Below the pieces are notes generated by a model. The model did no database searches. It was not told the DNA's origin and was given only the letters and a program-made list of their open reading frames with translations. DNA of 38,789 nucleotides from a virus (taxonomy: Duplodnaviria; Caudoviricetes). The stretch spans positions 1 through 38,789 of the IMG/VR virus record IMGVR_UViG_3300032213_002584; one strand, given 5' to 3'. A program made the position numbers and the translations under genes. Below, in pieces: positions 35,978 to 38,789 of the stretch (positions are counted from its first letter, which is position 1; each line of letters starts with the position of its first letter).

Positions 35978-37080
35978 AATCTATCTATTCTTGCTATATT
36001 CAAGCAACCAAATACTGGTTGACCAATTTGAGCTTGAAAGTCTTCGTTTGTAAATTCATGAATACTTCCTCTGCTTTGGTTTCCAGAGAAAGTATCAGTT
36101 CCACTATCCACAAGAATTCTTATTGGGTCGCTGTCTTCAACTGGAATTTGTAGATAGTATTTGCTCTCGACTATAACAGTGTATTTTTGCAACTCTTCGT
36201 CTTCAAGATTTACTTTTCTAACTCGAGTTTTCCACTTTTGACTAGTTGCGAATTCGATTCCTCCTTCGCTTCCTTCGCCAGTATCAGCAACAAGTGTTCC
36301 AGCCCATGGACTCCAGCAATTTTCTGGTCCACTACCACAAGTAGCTCCATTACAATTCTGTGGTCCATTACTTACTAAAATTGATAATTTTCTCCCTGCG
36401 CTATTTTTAACTAAATTAAAGAAAAAATCCCAATCTTTTACATCTTCTACTTTTTGTACAAAATTACTAGAAACCTGTCCTTTGCGCCATGCTTCTGGTT
36501 GTTCAGGAGCATACCCTACCTCAAAAAAACTATTTGTACAAGTTATTGTTCTATTTTCGCAAGAAATACTTGTGGTACAAATTTCAGAAACTCCATCCCC
36601 AAGAGAACAACTATAAGATATTCCAGGCTCAGGCTCAGGATTCATACGAACATCACATTCTTCTTCTGGTTCAGCTTCACAACTGCTGGTTCTATTCTCT
36701 TTTAGACAATTAGCTGAATTGCTAAAGGTCTGGCGAGGAACTGCAACTGGACTACTTCCATTTTCACCACAATTTTTAGTAGATGTAACTGAACTTATGA
36801 TCTCTCCAAATCTATCTACTGTATGTATATATTCGTCGCTAAGAGAAGAATAAGCGTTAAAAACTATTGGAGATACATCTATATACTCATAATCATCCGC
36901 ATAATTAAGACTATAATTCCAATTTGATGTAATTTTACTATAACGACCTGCACAGGGCGCAGTTAGTCCTGCAAATCCAATAGGATTTTTAGTCGTACTT
37001 GCTTCTATGCTTTCAAATAGAAAAAGATTATTAAAATCGCATCCTCTATTCCCAGCTTTTACATCAGTAATTTGTCCCAT
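35974..37080 (-). CDS. Cys-rich acidic hypothetical protein (368 aa)
   Basis: Long ORF overlapping the downstream gene by 4 nt; many Cys; no family recognised. Confidence 0.75.
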   Translation of the reverse strand: MGQITDVKAGNRGCDFNNLFLFESIEASTTKNPIGFAGLTAPCAGRYSKITSNWNYSLNYADDYEYIDVSPIVFNAYSSLSDEYIHTVDRFGEIISSVTSTKNCGENGSSPVAVPRQTFSNSANCLKENRTSSCEAEPEEECDVRMNPEPEPGISYSCSLGDGVSEICTTSISCENRTITCTNSFFEVGYAPEQPEAWRKGQVSSNFVQKVEDVKDWDFFFNLVKNSAGRKLSILVSNGPQNCNGATCGSGPENCWSPWAGTLVADTGEGSEGGIEFATSQKWKTRVRKVNLEDEELQKYTVIVESKYYLQIPVEDSDPIRILVDSGTDTFSGNQSRGSIHEFTNEDFQAQIGQPVFGCLNIARIDRL

Positions 37081-37084
37081 AAAT

Positions 37085-37309
37085 TTATCTTTTAGAATTA
37101 ATATTATATCCTATTGTGATATAATTTTGGGTTGGGGCCAAATATAAAGCTTTGGGCGCTATAGGTTTTAATGGTTTTTTATCAATAATTTCTGTTTTGT
37201 TATTTTCAATCGGCGCTATTTGTTGTTTCTTTTCTTTCATATGAGATAAAATATATAAGATTGATCCAATTATTATTGTTGTTATTAGTTTCTTATAGTC
37301 TAATATCAT
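37085..37309 (-). CDS. small N-terminally anchored membrane protein (74 aa)
   Basis: KKLITTIIIGSILYILS hydrophobic helix; GTGTAA 8 nt upstream. Confidence 0.7.
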   Translation of the reverse strand: MILDYKKLITTIIIGSILYILSHMKEKKQQIAPIENNKTEIIDKKPLKPIAPKALYLAPTQNYITIGYNINSKR

Positions 37310-37317
37310 ATAATTTA

Positions 37318-37323
37318 TTACAC
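37318..37323 (-). promoter_or_regulatory. GTGTAA motif, 8 nt before ATG; first of the minus-strand late region
   Basis: GTGTAATAAATTATATG. Confidence 0.75.
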
Positions 37324-37434
37324 TAATATTTATATTATCTGTATATATAATAAGGGTTTTATAAAAATAAAGAGCCCCTGGATTTTTTTAGTTTTGAGAT
37401 TTTTTGAATATTTATTCTATGTTATGTTTTTAAG

Positions 37435-37600
37435 AAAAGGGTAGGGGGGATATACATATAGCTATATATAAGATAATATATTATATTTATTGGGGAGATT
37501 GATATTAGTACCCCCGCGTTTAATTTGTAACGCAGAGCGATCTCGCTTTTTCAAAAAAGGGTAGGGTTTTCTAAATAAAATAGGGGTAGGGAGGGTAGAT
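37435..37600 (+). repeat. GGGTAGGG direct repeats / G-tract cluster in the divergent noncoding junction
   Basis: GGGTAGGG at 37439, 37559 and 37584; AAAAGGGTAGGG repeated 120 bp apart. Confidence 0.7.
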
Positions 37601-37617
37601 ATATATAACTAAAGTCC

Positions 37618-37638
37618 TAAGTCGTTGACTATCAATGA
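37618..37638. repeat. imperfect palindromic motif TAAGTCGTTGA-CTA-TCAATGA (copy 1)
   Basis: Left arm TAAGTCGTTG is the reverse complement of CAACGACTTA at the window end. Confidence 0.6.
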
Positions 37639-37658
37639 AATTTAAATGAAGAAATATC

Positions 37659-37686
37659 TTGTGATATTCTTATTCTGTGATAGATT
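37659..37686 (+). promoter_or_regulatory. sigma70-like (extended -10) early promoter, leaderless
   Basis: TTGTGA-16 nt-TAGATT with TGn extension; ATG 6 nt downstream; no SD. Confidence 0.55.
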
Positions 37687-37692
37687 AACTCT

Positions 37693-37845
37693 ATGAAGAA
37701 AAAACTAAGTAAGTATGAACAACTGATCGCAAACCTCAACAAGGCAAGCCAAGACCTCAAGGTGGCTTCTGATAAAGCCATCGCAACCCTTGACGCTCAC
37801 GCCAACAAGGTGGAAGCTATCCATCAGGAAGCGATGACTAAATGA
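37693..37845 (+). CDS. small coiled-coil early protein (50 aa, MKKKLSKYEQLIANLNKASQDL...); not in ORF track
   Basis: Translated by hand; follows the promoter; C-ending codon bias. Confidence 0.7.
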   Translation: MKKKLSKYEQLIANLNKASQDLKVASDKAIATLDAHANKVEAIHQEAMTK

Positions 37846-37925
37846 ATATCGATACCCTCATCTTCACCCTTACCATTGGAAGCATCCTCGTCGGCATCTA
37901 TGGTATGGCAACAGCTAAAAAATAA
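37842..37925 (+). CDS. 27-aa single-pass membrane peptide (MNIDTLIFTLTIGSILVGIYGMATAKK); not in ORF track
   Basis: ATGA overlap with the upstream stop; hydrophobic core and basic tail. Confidence 0.6.
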   Translation: MNIDTLIFTLTIGSILVGIYGMATAKK

Positions 37926-37928
37926 TAG

Positions 37929-37957
37929 TTGACGAAACATAAACAGAAAGGCAATAT
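37929..37957 (+). promoter_or_regulatory. sigma70-like early promoter, leaderless
   Basis: TTGACG-17 nt-CAATAT, ATG 7 nt downstream at 37965. Confidence 0.55.
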
Positions 37958-37964
37958 ACAACCT

Positions 37965-38384
37965 ATGAAACAAAACCTCAAAATCAGTTACCAAACCTTC
38001 GGCGAAAACAATGCTTACCTTCTCGAAGGAAGCATCAAACAAATCAATCACTTCTTCAATAGTATCTATAATTGGGAAGGAACTAACGGCAAGTTGCACG
38101 ATATGGGCAACGGCAAAGCGTTTTACTTCTACGCTCATCCAGATGATGTCATGAAAGCTCTCACTAAGGTTGCGTTGCATAGCTTGGTTAATAAGATCAA
38201 CGCTAAGGGACGCAAAGGTGGACTGCTCGACATTGCAAAAGCAAAGGCACAGAGTGTCATCGATGAGATGGCACAGACTTGCTTCCTTTGGGGTGCGACT
38301 AGCTCCGAAGGATATAGCCTTGGCACTATCAGTGCAGAGAAGCCTAGTGACTACTGTGGTGCAGTTAGCAACGGAAGGGACTAA
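37965..38384 (+). CDS. hypothetical early protein (139 aa); start corrected to ATG 37965
   Basis: The track's TTG start is the putative -35 box; the ATG sits at the predicted +1. Confidence 0.7.
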   Translation: MKQNLKISYQTFGENNAYLLEGSIKQINHFFNSIYNWEGTNGKLHDMGNGKAFYFYAHPDDVMKALTKVALHSLVNKINAKGRKGGLLDIAKAKAQSVIDEMAQTCFLWGATSSEGYSLGTISAEKPSDYCGAVSNGRD

Positions 38385-38388
38385 TACT

Positions 38389-38766
38389 ATGACAGCAGAA
38401 CTATTCATCGTAGCATTAACAATACTTGGCGAAGCTAGGGGCGAGACATTCGAGGGAATGGCTGGCGTTGCTAGCGTCATTCAAACACGGATGATAGAGC
38501 GTAAGCAGACAGCCTCACAGATCTGCCTAGCACCTAAACAATTCAGCTTCTGGAATGGGGGTGTGAGTGAAGCTACTAAGAAGAAGCTACTGGCAACAGC
38601 ACAAGGTAAGAACGCTCTATACCTTGCTGACCTAGTTATCCATCAGCAGATGCCAGACATTGTAAAGGGTGCAAACCATTACCACGCCATCAGCGTCGCT
38701 CCTAGGTGGGCTAGAGACGCAAGGTTAGTGGCTACAATACGCAACCACAAGTTCTATAAGTTGTAA
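38389..38766 (+). CDS. SleB/CwlJ-type cell wall hydrolase (Hydrolase_2, 125 aa); start corrected to ATG 38389
   Basis: ALTILGEARGE..GMAGVASVIQTR, QFSFWN, GANHYHA, PRWA, IRNHKFY. Confidence 0.9.
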   Translation: MTAELFIVALTILGEARGETFEGMAGVASVIQTRMIERKQTASQICLAPKQFSFWNGGVSEATKKKLLATAQGKNALYLADLVIHQQMPDIVKGANHYHAISVAPRWARDARLVATIRNHKFYKL

Positions 38767-38789
38767 GTAGCTGAATACCAACGACTTAC
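38763..38789. repeat. imperfect palindromic motif GTAAGTAGCTG-AATAC-CAACGACTTAC (copy 2)
   Basis: 11-bp arms, 9/11 complementary; directly after the SleB stop, at the window end. Confidence 0.65.

Noticed and set aside
2827-36713. Plus-strand and alternate-frame ORFs within the late region (e.g. 2827, 4643, 6606, 8365, 8381, 15911, 17069, 18170, 20261, 25218, 31994)
   Set aside because: Antisense or frame shadows of well-supported genes, several produced by coding repeats; no initiation signals.
37824-38480. 218-aa minus-strand ORF and the 198-aa extension of the SleB ORF from 38170
   Set aside because: These are shadows of the plus-strand genes, which have promoters, coupling and a recognisable domain starting at 38389.
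1-38789. Stop-codon reassignment, introns/inteins, tRNA genes, integrase
   Set aside because: Core genes (terL, portal, capsid) are intact and of normal length under code 11. No cloverleaf, splice motifs or integrase were recognised by eye.
1-38789. Specific host assignment
   Set aside because: The sequence supports only a peptidoglycan-containing, probably diderm host that tolerates leaderless mRNA. No host genes or spacer matches are available.

Overview
This window is a 38.8-kb segment of an AT-rich tailed-phage (Caudoviricetes) genome. Positions 1-37.3 kb are one dense minus-strand late region. In transcription order it holds: small accessory genes, a papain-like Cys-His-Glu protein, PhoH, a Zn-ribbon protein, an ECF-like sigma factor with a Cys-rich insertion, a candidate small terminase, an ERCC4 nuclease, the large terminase, the portal, a tail-tube paralog, an Asp-box fibre, a holin/lipoprotein/endolysin lysis region, protease-scaffold, a decoration protein, the major capsid protein, a cluster of modular fibre genes, neck/tail-completion genes, the tail tube, putative chaperones, and the 5' end of a probable tape-measure gene. 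A G-tract-rich noncoding junction (~37.3-37.7 kb) separates this from a plus-strand block that is visibly GC-richer, has sigma70-like promoters, and carries small genes and a SleB-type hydrolase. The strongest unexplained signal is a GTGTA(A/T) motif upstream of 16 minus-strand gene starts, eight of them exactly 8-9 nt before an ATG with no Shine-Dalgarno. I infer a dedicated late-transcription system: a phage Zn-insert sigma factor reading a -10-only promoter and producing (near-)leaderless mRNAs. All product calls come from motif reading and synteny; no database searches were run.
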